A stretch of 29,539 nt of DNA from a virus (Duplodnaviria; Caudoviricetes). Shown here in pieces: positions 6,119 through 14,979 of the stretch; position 1 is the first letter of the stretch, and every line of letters begins with the position of its first letter. The notes under the pieces were generated by a model, which saw only the letters and a program-made list of their open reading frames with translations, was not told the DNA's origin and did no database searches. Where the stretch lies: positions 1 through 29,539 of IMG/VR virus record IMGVR_UViG_3300043184_000220; one strand, 5' to 3'. The position numbers and the translations under genes were made by a program.

Positions 6119-7918
6119 GTGGCCAAGGCGCCCACCTCGGCGGCCAGCTTCACGGAGGAGCTGGCCGAGCTCGCCCGGCGGCTGAAGGCCGACATCGCCG
6201 CCCACCAGGCGGGGCTGGACGCCTCGCCCGCGGCGCGCGCGGCGCGGCGCCGGCGGGTGCTGGTGGAGGGCGACTTCCGGTTCTTCGCGTACACGTACTT
6301 TCCGCATCACGTGCGGGGCACGCCTTCGCTCTTCCAGGCGCATTTCTGCGGGCGCTTCCCGCAGGTGTTGCGCCAGGCGGGCGGCGCCAGCGAGTGGTGG
6401 ATCGCGCCGCGGGGCGAGGCGAAGAGCTCCCTGCTCACGAAGATCGGCCCCACCTGGTGCGCCGTGCAGGCGCTGCTGCAGCGCCCGCCGGTGCTGGGGG
6501 ATCTCGCCTGGGAGACGAACCGGCCACTGCCGCCCTTCATCGACTACGTGGTGCTGCTGGGCGCGGAGACGAAGCTGCCCACCAAGCTGCTGGAGGTGGT
6601 GAAGACGGAGCTGGCCTTCAACGCCTCGCTGGCGCTGGATTTCCCGGAGGCGTGCGGGCGCGGGCCACTGTGGAAGGTGGGCGAGTTCGTCACCGCCAGC
6701 GGCGTGAAGGTGGAGCCCTTCGGCGCGGAGCAGGCCATCCGCGGCACCTTCCACGGCGCGAGCCGCCCGAAGCTGCTGCTGGGCGACGACCTCATCACCG
6801 ACGCCGAGGCCAAGAGCCCCACGGAGCGCAACAACCGCTGGGAGTGGCTGACGAAGGCGATCGACTACCTCGGCCCGCCCGACGGCAGCGTGAAGTTCCT
6901 CGGCGTGGGCACGGTGCTGGACCGCGACGACCCGATCTCGCGCGCCAAGCGCACGATCGGCCACGTGGTGCACCACTTCCGCGCCATCGCCACGCTGCCG
7001 GCGCGCATGGACCTCTGGGAGCGCTGCCAGGAGGTGATGCTGGGTGAAGACCTGCGCGCGCAGGAGGCGGCCGCCGCCCGCGGCGAGGTGCTGCCCGATC
7101 CGCAGGGCCTGCCCTCGTGGCGCTTCTACGATGCGCAGCGCGAGGCGATGGACGCCGGCGCGGTGGTGTCCTGGCCCGAGGTGCGCAGCCTGTTCTGGCT
7201 GATGCGCCAGCGCGCCAAGGCGCCGCGCGCCTTCGGCACGGAGATGCAGGGCGAGCCGCGCAGCGAGACGGAGCGGGTGTTCGCGCCGGTGCATTTCTGG
7301 GTGAACCGCCTGGCGGACTGGGTGTTCTATGCCGGCTGCGACCCCTCCATGGGGCGCGGCGAGACCTCGGACCCGTCGTCGATCGTGGTGGGCGGCTTCG
7401 CGCGCGCCACGGGCGTGCTCGACGTGGTGGAGGCGGCGATCAAGCGCCGCGTGCCGAGCAAGCTCGAGGCGGACCTGATCGCGGTGCAGCGGGAGTTCCG
7501 GTGCCTCTCGATCGGCTTCGAGAACAACGGCGCTTTCGAGCACTCGCGCCAGACCTTCGTGCGCGCCGCGGCGGCGCAGGGCGTGGCGCTGCCGCTGGTA
7601 GGCATCACCGCGAGCGCGCCGCCGGAGGTGCGGGTGGAGTCGCTCGAGCCCTTCATCACGGACGCGATGGCGCCGCGCATCCGCTTCGCGCCCTACCTCA
7701 CGCTGCTGCTGGCGGAGCTGGAGGCGTGGCCGGAGGCACAGTCCGGGCACCACTACGACGGCCTCTCGGGGCTGTACATGCTCTGGCAGGTGGCCGTGCG
7801 CGGCCACGGCCGCGTGGCGGTGCACAGCCGCCGCCCGGGCGAGGAGCGCGCCGGCGCCGGCCGCCCGGGCGCCCCCGCACGGCTGCGCCCGGAGCGCCCC
7901 GACCTGCGCGGCTACTGA
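6119..7918 (+). CDS. Terminase large subunit (Mu gp28-like)
   Basis: Walker A-like APRGEAKS, Walker B LLLGDD, GT coupling motif, nuclease DPS...D and HYDGL. Confidence 0.92.
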   Translation: MAKAPTSAASFTEELAELARRLKADIAAHQAGLDASPAARAARRRRVLVEGDFRFFAYTYFPHHVRGTPSLFQAHFCGRFPQVLRQAGGASEWWIAPRGEAKSSLLTKIGPTWCAVQALLQRPPVLGDLAWETNRPLPPFIDYVVLLGAETKLPTKLLEVVKTELAFNASLALDFPEACGRGPLWKVGEFVTASGVKVEPFGAEQAIRGTFHGASRPKLLLGDDLITDAEAKSPTERNNRWEWLTKAIDYLGPPDGSVKFLGVGTVLDRDDPISRAKRTIGHVVHHFRAIATLPARMDLWERCQEVMLGEDLRAQEAAAARGEVLPDPQGLPSWRFYDAQREAMDAGAVVSWPEVRSLFWLMRQRAKAPRAFGTEMQGEPRSETERVFAPVHFWVNRLADWVFYAGCDPSMGRGETSDPSSIVVGGFARATGVLDVVEAAIKRRVPSKLEADLIAVQREFRCLSIGFENNGAFEHSRQTFVRAAAAQGVALPLVGITASAPPEVRVESLEPFITDAMAPRIRFAPYLTLLLAELEAWPEAQSGHHYDGLSGLYMLWQVAVRGHGRVAVHSRRPGEERAGAGRPGAPARLRPERPDLRGY

Positions 7919-7955
7919 GGCGCCCGCACCCGCAACCGCAGACGCGAGCCGAGCG

Positions 7956-9464
7956 ATGAACACCACCGCCACCCCCACGAACTTGAGCGTGCGCGCGCTC
8001 ACCTCCGGCCAGGTCGCCACGCGCGTGGCGGCGATGAACCAGCACTTCATGGGGCTGCTGCTGCCCAACCCCGACCCCATCCTGCGGGCGGCGGGCAAGC
8101 AGATTGCCACCTACCGCGACATCGCGCGCGACAGCCACGTGGGCGCGTGCATCCGCCGCCGCAAGAGCGCCGTGAAGGCGCTGGAGTGGGGCCTGGACCG
8201 CGGCCCGGCCGCCGCGCGCGTGACGAGCGCGGTGCAGGACATGCTGGCCGCGCTCGACATGGAGCAGTTGATCGGCAGCGCGATGGACGCGCCGCTGTAC
8301 GGCTACGCGCCCATCGAGGTGCTCTGGCAGCCCGGCGCCCGCGGCACGTGGCCGAGCGAGCTGGTGGCGCTGCCGCCGGAGTGGTTCGCCTTCGACCCGG
8401 ACGGGCGGCTGCGGTTTCGGACGCGGGCCGCGCCGGTGGTGGGCGAGCTGCTGCCCGAGCGCAAGTTCCTGCTGCCGCGCCAGGACGCGAGCTACCTGAA
8501 CCCCTACGGCCTGGGCGACCTGGGGCTGTGCTACTGGCCGGTGACGTTCAAGAAGGGCGGCACGCGGTTCTGGCTGCAATTCGCCGAGAAGTTCGGCAGC
8601 GCCTTCGCGGTGGGCAAGTTGCCGCGATCGGCGGAGGCGCGCGAGCGCGAGGCGCTGCTGGCGGACCTCGAGGAGCTGGTGCAGAACGGCGTGGCCGTGA
8701 TCCCGGACGATGGCAGCGTGGCCCTGCTCGAGGCCGCCGGCAAGAGCGCCAGCGCGGACCTGTACGAAAGCCTCGTGCTGCACTGCCGGGGCGAGATCAG
8801 CATCGTGCTCACCGGCACGAACCAGAGCGTGGAGCAGGACGCCGGCAAGGCCAGCGCCCACGCGGGCCTGGACGTGGCGGCCGACCTGCGCGACGCGGAC
8901 GCCGAGATCGTGGCCGCGGCCGTGAACCAGCTCGTGCGCTGGGTGGTAGAGGTGAACTACCCCGGGCAGGCCGCGCCGGTGTTCCGCATGTGGGACCAGG
9001 AAGCGAAGGACGACCTGCAGGCCAGGCGCGACGCGAGCAACGCCGCCGCGGGCGCGCGGTTCACGAATGCCTACTGGACGCGGGCCTACGGATACCAGGA
9101 AAGCGACCTGCTGCCGCCGGCGCAGTTACCCCCGGCCGGCGGCCCGGCAGGCGTGAACGCGCCAGGTGTCCCCTCGGGTGTCGCTTTCGCCGACCCCCCG
9201 GCAGACCCGCCGGACCCCACCGCCGCCGAGCAGGATGCGCTGGCCGGCGCGGCCGAGCCGGCCTGGGAGGCGATGCTCGACACGCTGCGCGCCACGGTGC
9301 AGGCCGCGCCCGACCTGGCCGCGATCGAGCGCGAGCTGGCGCTGGCCTATGGCGGGCTGGACACGGCGCAGCTCGTGCGGCTGATGGAAGCCGCCTACGC
9401 GCTGGCGGAGCTGAAGGGCATGGCCGCGGCGCAGGCGGACGCCCAGGCCGACACGGGGGCTTGA
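7956..9464 (+). CDS. Portal protein (DUF935, Mu gp29-like)
   Basis: RDSHVGACIRRRK, MDAPLYGYAPIEVLW, NPYGLG, FAEKFG motifs. Confidence 0.93.
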   Translation: MNTTATPTNLSVRALTSGQVATRVAAMNQHFMGLLLPNPDPILRAAGKQIATYRDIARDSHVGACIRRRKSAVKALEWGLDRGPAAARVTSAVQDMLAALDMEQLIGSAMDAPLYGYAPIEVLWQPGARGTWPSELVALPPEWFAFDPDGRLRFRTRAAPVVGELLPERKFLLPRQDASYLNPYGLGDLGLCYWPVTFKKGGTRFWLQFAEKFGSAFAVGKLPRSAEAREREALLADLEELVQNGVAVIPDDGSVALLEAAGKSASADLYESLVLHCRGEISIVLTGTNQSVEQDAGKASAHAGLDVAADLRDADAEIVAAAVNQLVRWVVEVNYPGQAAPVFRMWDQEAKDDLQARRDASNAAAGARFTNAYWTRAYGYQESDLLPPAQLPPAGGPAGVNAPGVPSGVAFADPPADPPDPTAAEQDALAGAAEPAWEAMLDTLRATVQAAPDLAAIERELALAYGGLDTAQLVRLMEAAYALAELKGMAAAQADAQADTGA

Positions 9465-9465
9465 C

Positions 9466-10710
9466 GTGGCAACCGACGCCGCGTTCGGCTTCGGCACGCC
9501 CTTCGCGGAGCAGCTGGACTTCTTCCGCCGCAAGCTGAACCTGCCGAGCGAGGCCTGGGACGACATCACCCGCCAGGCGCACGACCGCGCGTTCATCGTG
9601 GCCGGCGCCGCCAAGGCCGACCTAGTGCAGGACCTGCGCGGCGCGGTGGCCGATGCGATGCAGGGTGGCGTCGGGCTGGAAGCGTTCAAGGCGTCGTTCC
9701 GCGAGGTGGTGGCGAAGAACGGCTGGACAGGCTGGCGCGGCGAGGGCACGAAGCGCGGCGAGGCCTGGCGCGCGCGGACGATCTACCAGACGAACATGGC
9801 CTCGTCCTACGCCGCGGGGCGCTGGCGGCAGATGAACGAGCCGGCCTTCGCGGCGGAGCGGCCGTTCTGGCGCTACGTGCACGCCGAGGGGCAGCGCCAC
9901 CCGCGCCCGCACCACCTGGCGTGGCACGGGCTGACGCTGCCGCGCACGCACCCGTTCTGGCAGACGCACTTCGCGCCCAACGGCTGGGGCTGCCGGTGCG
10001 AGATTCACCCCGTGCGCGCGCCCGCGGCCGGCGCGCCGCAGCAGCCGCCGGCGGGGTGGGAGGAGATCGACGCCAAGACCGGGGCGCCGGTGGGGATCGA
10101 CGCCGGATTCGACTACGCGCCGGGCGCCGAGGCCACCACGCCGCTCGTGGCGCTGGTGGACCGGAAGCTGTTCCGCCTGGACGCGCCGATCGGGGCGGCG
10201 ATGTGGAAGGCGCTCGCGCCAGCCATCGCCGAGGAGCGCCGCGCCGCCTACCGGGCATGGCTTGACGAAATCGGGCGGTCCGAGCGCGCCAAGAGTGAGA
10301 CGCACGTGGTCGGTGCGATCGACCCGGCGGATCTCGAATGGCTCGAGCGGGAGGGCTACGGGACGCCGGCCACGGCCGAGATCAGCATCGGCAGCGGCGT
10401 CGTCAACGGCCCGAAGGCGCAGCGGCATGCGGCTGCTGGCGACGACTTTCCATCGCAGATGTGGGAGCAGCTTCCCGAGCTGCTGCAAGAGCCGCTGGCG
10501 GTGCTGTACGACATGCGCCGCGGGACACTGCTGTACCTGCTGCCCGACGCTGGCGCGCGCCGCGGGCAGGTTGCCGTCGTGTTGCGGTACGCCCCGCGAC
10601 GCGGCAGCGGGGGCAATGAAGTGGTGTCCGCTTACCGACCAAACCTCAACGCGCTGCTCGAGCGTGTCGAGGGCGGCGAACTCCGGCCGATCCGCGGAGC
10701 TCTGGGGTGA
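9466..10710 (+). CDS. MuF (gp30) head morphogenesis protein with C-terminal extension (putative BECR-fold RNase domain)
   Basis: TIYQTNMASSYAAGRW, RPHHLAWHG, HFAPNGWGCRC, GIDAGFDYAPG; extra ~150-aa C-terminal domain with different codon usage. Confidence 0.9.
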   Translation: MATDAAFGFGTPFAEQLDFFRRKLNLPSEAWDDITRQAHDRAFIVAGAAKADLVQDLRGAVADAMQGGVGLEAFKASFREVVAKNGWTGWRGEGTKRGEAWRARTIYQTNMASSYAAGRWRQMNEPAFAAERPFWRYVHAEGQRHPRPHHLAWHGLTLPRTHPFWQTHFAPNGWGCRCEIHPVRAPAAGAPQQPPAGWEEIDAKTGAPVGIDAGFDYAPGAEATTPLVALVDRKLFRLDAPIGAAMWKALAPAIAEERRAAYRAWLDEIGRSERAKSETHVVGAIDPADLEWLEREGYGTPATAEISIGSGVVNGPKAQRHAAAGDDFPSQMWEQLPELLQEPLAVLYDMRRGTLLYLLPDAGARRGQVAVVLRYAPRRGSGGNEVVSAYRPNLNALLERVEGGELRPIRGALG

Positions 10711-10805
10711 GAGCGGGAGGCCGGATGTCCCTCCATACACGTTTGGTAGTGGGCTCGACCCACAGTCCCGTGAGCGTGGAGTCCGAATTCCCACGCCTCG
10801 CTCTC
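10709..10805 (-). ncRNA. Putative tRNA-like structured ncRNA, convergent with MuF
   Basis: Minus strand folds as a cloverleaf: 7-bp GAGAGCG/CGCTCTC, 2 nt, 6-7-bp arm, 1 nt, long middle arm, 3 nt, 5-bp GGAGG/CCTCC arm abutting the closing stem; loop-loop complementarity UCGGA/UCCGG; TAGCAT -10 box 7 nt upstream. Confidence 0.7.
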
Positions 10806-10812
10806 GATAACC

Positions 10813-10842
10813 ATGCTATCGCGCTCACCCGCCTGTCCACAA
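10813..10842 (-). promoter_or_regulatory. Putative sigma70 promoter for the tRNA-like RNA
   Basis: -10 TAGCAT (10818-10813); -35 candidates TTGTGG (18-bp spacer) or TGGACA (15-bp spacer). Confidence 0.5.
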
Positions 10843-10873
10843 GGTGCCGCCCGAGAGGGAGGCGAGGACGACG

Positions 10874-11128
10874 ATGCACCCCAACGCCCTGATGCGCCAG
10901 CAGCTGCTGCGCCTGCTGTACGCCTCCCGGGAGGCCAAGCCCGCCAGCGGCTGGATCAACGAGCGCGACCTGGCGGCCTCCGCCGCCGCGGCGCCGCCGG
11001 CGGGCGCCTGCGCGGACATCGGCTTCGCGCTGGACGTGCTGTGCGAGCTGGGGCACGCCCGGCGCAACGGCTTCGCGCTGCGCATCACCGGCGCGGGCGT
11101 GCTGGCCTGCGAGGAGGCTGCGCCATGA
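10874..11128 (+). CDS. Small winged-helix-like hypothetical protein
   Basis: GAGG RBS; MHPNALMRQQLLRLLY...FALDVLCELG...LRITGAG; ATGA coupling to the next gene. Confidence 0.7.
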   Translation: MHPNALMRQQLLRLLYASREAKPASGWINERDLAASAAAAPPAGACADIGFALDVLCELGHARRNGFALRITGAGVLACEEAAP

Positions 11129-11715
11129 ACCTCACCATCCAGGTCAACGACGCCGCCGTGCAGGCCGCGCTGCGCCAGCTCGGCGAGCGCATGGGCGACG
11201 CCGGCCCGGCGCTGCGCGACATCGGCGAGGACATCGTGCAGCGCACGAAGGCACGCTTCGGCACCGGCACCGGGCCGGGCGGCGAGCGCTGGCAGGCCAA
11301 GCGGGTGCCCGACGGGCGGCCCACGCTGGTGGGGCCCACGGGCAACCTGCGGCGGCAGATCGTGTGGAGCGTCTCGGGCAGCACGCTCACGGTGCAGGCG
11401 ACGATGGCCTACGCGGCGATCCACCAGTTCGGCGGCTCCATCCAGCGCCCCGCGCGGCGCGTGGAGGTGCGCCACCGCACGGACGCGCGCGGCGAGCTGC
11501 TGCGCCGCAAGGGGCTGATGAACGACCGCGCGCTCGTCTTCGCCAAGGCGAGCCACAAGCGGGTGCGCACGCGCTGGTTCGATGCGCCGGCGTATGAGGT
11601 GAAGATGCCGGCGCGGCCCTTCCTGCCGCTGCGCGCGGACGGTACGCTGTACCCCGCGGAGCAGCGCGAATTGCTCGAGGCGCTGGCGCGGTGGATCGAC
11701 CCCGGCGCGGCGTGA
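11125..11715 (+). CDS. Virion morphogenesis protein (Mu gpG / phage tail S family)
   Basis: L..IGE......RF.....P.G..W, TGNLRR.I, YAAIHQFGG, MPARPFLP. Confidence 0.9.
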   Translation: MNLTIQVNDAAVQAALRQLGERMGDAGPALRDIGEDIVQRTKARFGTGTGPGGERWQAKRVPDGRPTLVGPTGNLRRQIVWSVSGSTLTVQATMAYAAIHQFGGSIQRPARRVEVRHRTDARGELLRRKGLMNDRALVFAKASHKRVRTRWFDAPAYEVKMPARPFLPLRADGTLYPAEQRELLEALARWIDPGAA

Positions 11716-11903
11716 GCCGCCGGCCCCGGGAAGCCCGACGCGATTAGAGGCCCCAGGAAGCGTCGGAGCCGCGAGTGGCTACCCAGGTATCACCCGGGCG
11801 CCGATCGTGGCGCCAGATAGCGTTACTCCCGCGTTAATTTCGATTCTGGCGGCCGAGGGTCCGGCGCCGGGCCCGCCGCGCGCGCGGGGAGGCCGGTTTT
11901 CGG

Positions 11904-11958
11904 CCGAAACCCGCCCCCCTGCGCCACGCCGGCCCGGCCCGCGACAGTGCGCCGCATG
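11904..11958 (+). promoter_or_regulatory. Putative late promoter of the head operon (leaderless)
   Basis: CCGAnnnCCGCCCCCCTGC starts 52 nt before the ATG, matching 2826. Confidence 0.65.
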
Positions 11959-13197
11959 GCCCCGGCGGACACCCCGACTGACACCCCTGCCACGGCGCTC
12001 GGCGCGCGGGGCACTCTCCAGTGCTTCAAGCCCGGGCGGCACACGGCCGTGTCGGGCGCCACGCTCAGCTTCACGGCCGAAGACGTGGCCGCCACGGCGC
12101 GCGCCTACGACCCGGCGCTGCACGAGGCGCCAATCGTGGTAGGCCACCCGGCCCTGGACGCGCCGGCCTACGGGTGGGTGAAGCAGCTCGCCTTCGAGGG
12201 CGGCGCGCTGGAGGCCACGCCCGCGCAGGTGAACGCCGAGTTCGCCGAAGCGGTGCGCGCGGGCGCCTACAAGAAGATGAGCGCCGCCTTCTGGGCGCCG
12301 GACGCGCCGGGCAACCCCGTGCCGGGCGTGTTCTATCTGCGGCACATCGGCTTCCTGGGCGGCGCAGCGCCGGCCGTGAAGGGGCTGCGCGCCCCGGCCT
12401 TCGCGGCCGGCGAGGCGGGTGTCGTGGAGTTCAGCGACTGGGACGCCGGCAACCTGGCGTGGCTGCTGCGCAGCCTGCGCGACTGGCTGCTCGGCAAGTT
12501 CGGCCAGGACGAGGCCGACCGCGCGCTGCCCACCTACCTCGTGGGCGAGTTCGAACAGAGCGCCGCGCGCGCCGCTGCGCAACGTGAGGCCGGAGCCGCA
12601 ACGAGCACTGCGCCGGCCGCCCCCCTCTTCGGCGCCGCCGGCGCCGCCCCGACCCCTGCCCTGGAGGACCACGACGTGGCCGAACGCGAGACGCAAGCCG
12701 CCCTGAGCGCGCTGGAGGCCGCGAAGGCCGAGAACGCCCGCCTGCGCGAGCAGCTGGCGCAGGCCGCCACCACCGCCCGGGCGCAGCGCCTGGCGGGCAT
12801 CCGCGCCGAGGACGTGGCTTACGCCGACAGCCTGGTGGCCGCCGGCCGGCTGCCGGTGGGCCGCCGCGACGTGGTGGTGGCGGTGTTCGATGCGCTGGCC
12901 GTGGCCGCCGAGGCCGACGCGCAGACGGCGCAGTTCGGCGAGGGCGAGGCCCGCGCGCCGCTGCGCCCGGCGCTGAAGGAGCTGCTCACCAAGCTGCTGC
13001 CCGTGCAGGTGGCCCCGGGCCGCCACGCCACGCACCAGTTCGCTGCCGCCGGCGAGGCGGGCGAGCCCGCCGGCGACGCGCACGACATCGCCCGCCGCGC
13101 GACCGAGTACCGCGCGAGCGAAGCCGCCGCCGGCCGCACCGTGGGCGCGGCGCAGGCCGTGGCGCACGTGACGCGCGCGCCGGCGCCGGGCGCCTGA
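11956..13197 (+). CDS. Prohead protease/scaffold (Mu gpI-like)
   Basis: FKPGRH, YDPALHEAPIVVGHP, PAYGWV, YKKMSAAF, YLRHIGFLG..PAVKGL. Confidence 0.92.
   Translation: MAPADTPTDTPATALGARGTLQCFKPGRHTAVSGATLSFTAEDVAATARAYDPALHEAPIVVGHPALDAPAYGWVKQLAFEGGALEATPAQVNAEFAEAVRAGAYKKMSAAFWAPDAPGNPVPGVFYLRHIGFLGGAAPAVKGLRAPAFAAGEAGVVEFSDWDAGNLAWLLRSLRDWLLGKFGQDEADRALPTYLVGEFEQSAARAAAQREAGAATSTAPAAPLFGAAGAAPTPALEDHDVAERETQAALSALEAAKAENARLREQLAQAATTARAQRLAGIRAEDVAYADSLVAAGRLPVGRRDVVVAVFDALAVAAEADAQTAQFGEGEARAPLRPALKELLTKLLPVQVAPGRHATHQFAAAGEAGEPAGDAHDIARRATEYRASEAAAGRTVGAAQAVAHVTRAPAPGA
12676..13197 (+). CDS. Nested in-frame scaffold protein (Mu gpZ-like)
   Basis: Internal GGAGG (12663-12667) and in-frame GTG at 12676 after an Ala/Pro linker, then coiled coil. 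Confidence 0.6.
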   Translation: MAERETQAALSALEAAKAENARLREQLAQAATTARAQRLAGIRAEDVAYADSLVAAGRLPVGRRDVVVAVFDALAVAAEADAQTAQFGEGEARAPLRPALKELLTKLLPVQVAPGRHATHQFAAAGEAGEPAGDAHDIARRATEYRASEAAAGRTVGAAQAVAHVTRAPAPGA

Positions 13198-13252
13198 GCG
13201 CGCCGCACCTCCACCCCGAACCCCCACGACCACCCCCGAGGAGCACCCCCGC

Positions 13253-13612
13253 ATGGGCTTCAACCAACTGTTCCGGGCCCGCGTGGCCGAAGGTGCCGTG
13301 GAGCGGCACCGCATCGTGAAGGCCGGCGCGGCCGTGGGCAGCTGCGTGAAGGCCGCCGGCCCCACGGAGGCGCTGCTCGGCACGAGCGACGAGCTCGACC
13401 ACGTGGCCGGCGAGGTGGTGGACATGGGCCTGGGCCCGATGCCCACCGTGAAGCTGGGCGGCACGGTGGCGGTGGGCGCGGCGCTCACGAGCGACGCGCA
13501 GGGCCGCGCGGTGGCCACCACCACGACCGGGCACCGGATCATCGGTTTCGCGGAAACCGCCGGCGTGCTGGACGACGAGATTCCCTACCTGCGCGCCCTG
13601 GGCGTGTACTGA
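13253..13612 (+). CDS. Capsid cement/decoration protein (DUF2190-like)
   Basis: GAGGAG RBS; GGTVAVGAALTSDAQGRAV motif; between protease and capsid genes. Confidence 0.8.
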   Translation: MGFNQLFRARVAEGAVERHRIVKAGAAVGSCVKAAGPTEALLGTSDELDHVAGEVVDMGLGPMPTVKLGGTVAVGAALTSDAQGRAVATTTTGHRIIGFAETAGVLDDEIPYLRALGVY

Positions 13613-13630
13613 TCGAGCGAGGCACGCGGC

Positions 13631-14590
13631 ATGGCCACGAAACCCTTCGTCATCGTTCCGGCGCTCTGCGCCGTGATGGTTTCCTACCAGCAGGGCAACC
13701 GCATCGCCGACCAGGTGCTGCCGCGGGTGCCGGTGGACACGGAAGCCTTCCGCTACATGAAGCACGGCCTGGCGGACGCCTTCGCGGCGCCGGACACGCG
13801 CGTGGGCCGCAAGAGCGCGCCCAACCAGCTCACCTGGGGCAGCAGCGAGGTGGCCGACCAGACCAACGACGAGGGCCTGGATTCGCCGGTGCCCAACGCC
13901 GACATCCTGGCCTGGGAGCGCGCCCGCGCCGCGGGCAGCCAGCTCACCGGCGCCGTCGATCCGCTGGCCCGCGCGGTGGAGCTGGTGGCCGAGACGGTGA
14001 GCAACCGGCGCGAGCAGCGCACGGCGAACCTCGTCTTCAACGCCGCGAACTACGCCACGGGCAACAAGGTGACCCTCTCCGGCGCCGGCCAGTGGAGCGA
14101 CTTCGTGGGCAGCGACCCCACCGTGGCCATCATGGACCGCTTCGACACGATGGTGATGCGGCCCAACATCGGCGCGCTCGGCCGCCCGGTGGCGACGAAG
14201 CTGCGCATGCACCCGAAGGTGTGCAAGGCCGTGTTCGGCAACAACACCGACGCCGGCATCGTGCCGCTGCGGGCGCTGGCGGACCTGCTCGAGCTGGACG
14301 AGCTGTACGTGGGCGACGCGTGGGTGAACACCGCCGCCCCGGGCCAGCCCGCCGTGCTGGCGCGCGCCTGGGGCAAGCACGCGGCCTTCATGTACCGGAA
14401 CATGAGCGCCAGCACCACCGGCGGCGTGACCTTCGGGATGACGGCGCAGTGGGGCGACAAGGTGGCCGGCACCATCGAAGACAGCGACATCGGCCTGCGC
14501 GGCGGCGTGCGGGTGCGGGCGGGCGAGTCCGTCAAGGAGCTGATCACCGCGAACGACCTGGGCTTCCTGTTCTCCAACGCGGTGGCCTGA
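13631..14590 (+). CDS. Major capsid protein
   Basis: 319 aa; IADQVLPRVPV, WSDF..SDP, WGKHAAFMY; position in the head operon. Confidence 0.88.
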   Translation: MATKPFVIVPALCAVMVSYQQGNRIADQVLPRVPVDTEAFRYMKHGLADAFAAPDTRVGRKSAPNQLTWGSSEVADQTNDEGLDSPVPNADILAWERARAAGSQLTGAVDPLARAVELVAETVSNRREQRTANLVFNAANYATGNKVTLSGAGQWSDFVGSDPTVAIMDRFDTMVMRPNIGALGRPVATKLRMHPKVCKAVFGNNTDAGIVPLRALADLLELDELYVGDAWVNTAAPGQPAVLARAWGKHAAFMYRNMSASTTGGVTFGMTAQWGDKVAGTIEDSDIGLRGGVRVRAGESVKELITANDLGFLFSNAVA

Positions 14591-14591
14591 C

Positions 14592-14978
14592 GTGGCGCGC
14601 GGCACCACCAAGACGAAGCCGGGCGAGAAGCCCGGCGAGCCCGGCAGTGAACCGGGCGATGAGCACGCTGCCCTGGCCGGCAGCGGCCCGGCGCCGCAAG
14701 CCCAGCCCGCGCCGGCCGAGGCCGCGGATGCGGCGGTGGAGGGCGATGCCCAGCCTGCCGCCGCCACCGAAGCCGACGTGGCGGAGGCCATCGCCGCCGC
14801 CACCCCGCCGCCGGCGGCGCCAGGCGGCCGGGCGCGGTACCGGGTGCTGAGCCCGCTGAACCACGACAACACCGACTACGCGCCCGGCGCGGAGCTCGAG
14901 CTCGACGAGCGCCACGCCGCGCCGCTGCTGGCCGTGTGGCCGGCGGCGGTGGTGGAGCGGGTGGGGGCGGAGGCCTGA
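14592..14978 (+). CDS. Small head-associated protein (gp35 position)
   Basis: Low-complexity N-terminus plus YRVLSPLNHDNTDYAPGAELELDERHAAPLL domain, typical after a capsid gene. Confidence 0.7.
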   Translation: MARGTTKTKPGEKPGEPGSEPGDEHAALAGSGPAPQAQPAPAEAADAAVEGDAQPAAATEADVAEAIAAATPPPAAPGGRARYRVLSPLNHDNTDYAPGAELELDERHAAPLLAVWPAAVVERVGAEA

Positions 14979-14979
14979 G

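Noticed and set aside
6011-8110. Long antisense and alternate-frame ORFs (also 12986-14872, 20821-22863, 25429-27807, 1527-3143)
   Set aside because: Shadow ORFs of high-GC coding sequence; Arg/Ala/Pro-rich with no motifs and overlapping well-supported genes
10709-10805. Canonical tRNA gene or simple intrinsic terminator
   Set aside because: No GTTCRA T-loop, no 7-nt anticodon loop and no U-tract; kept as a tRNA-like ncRNA candidate instead
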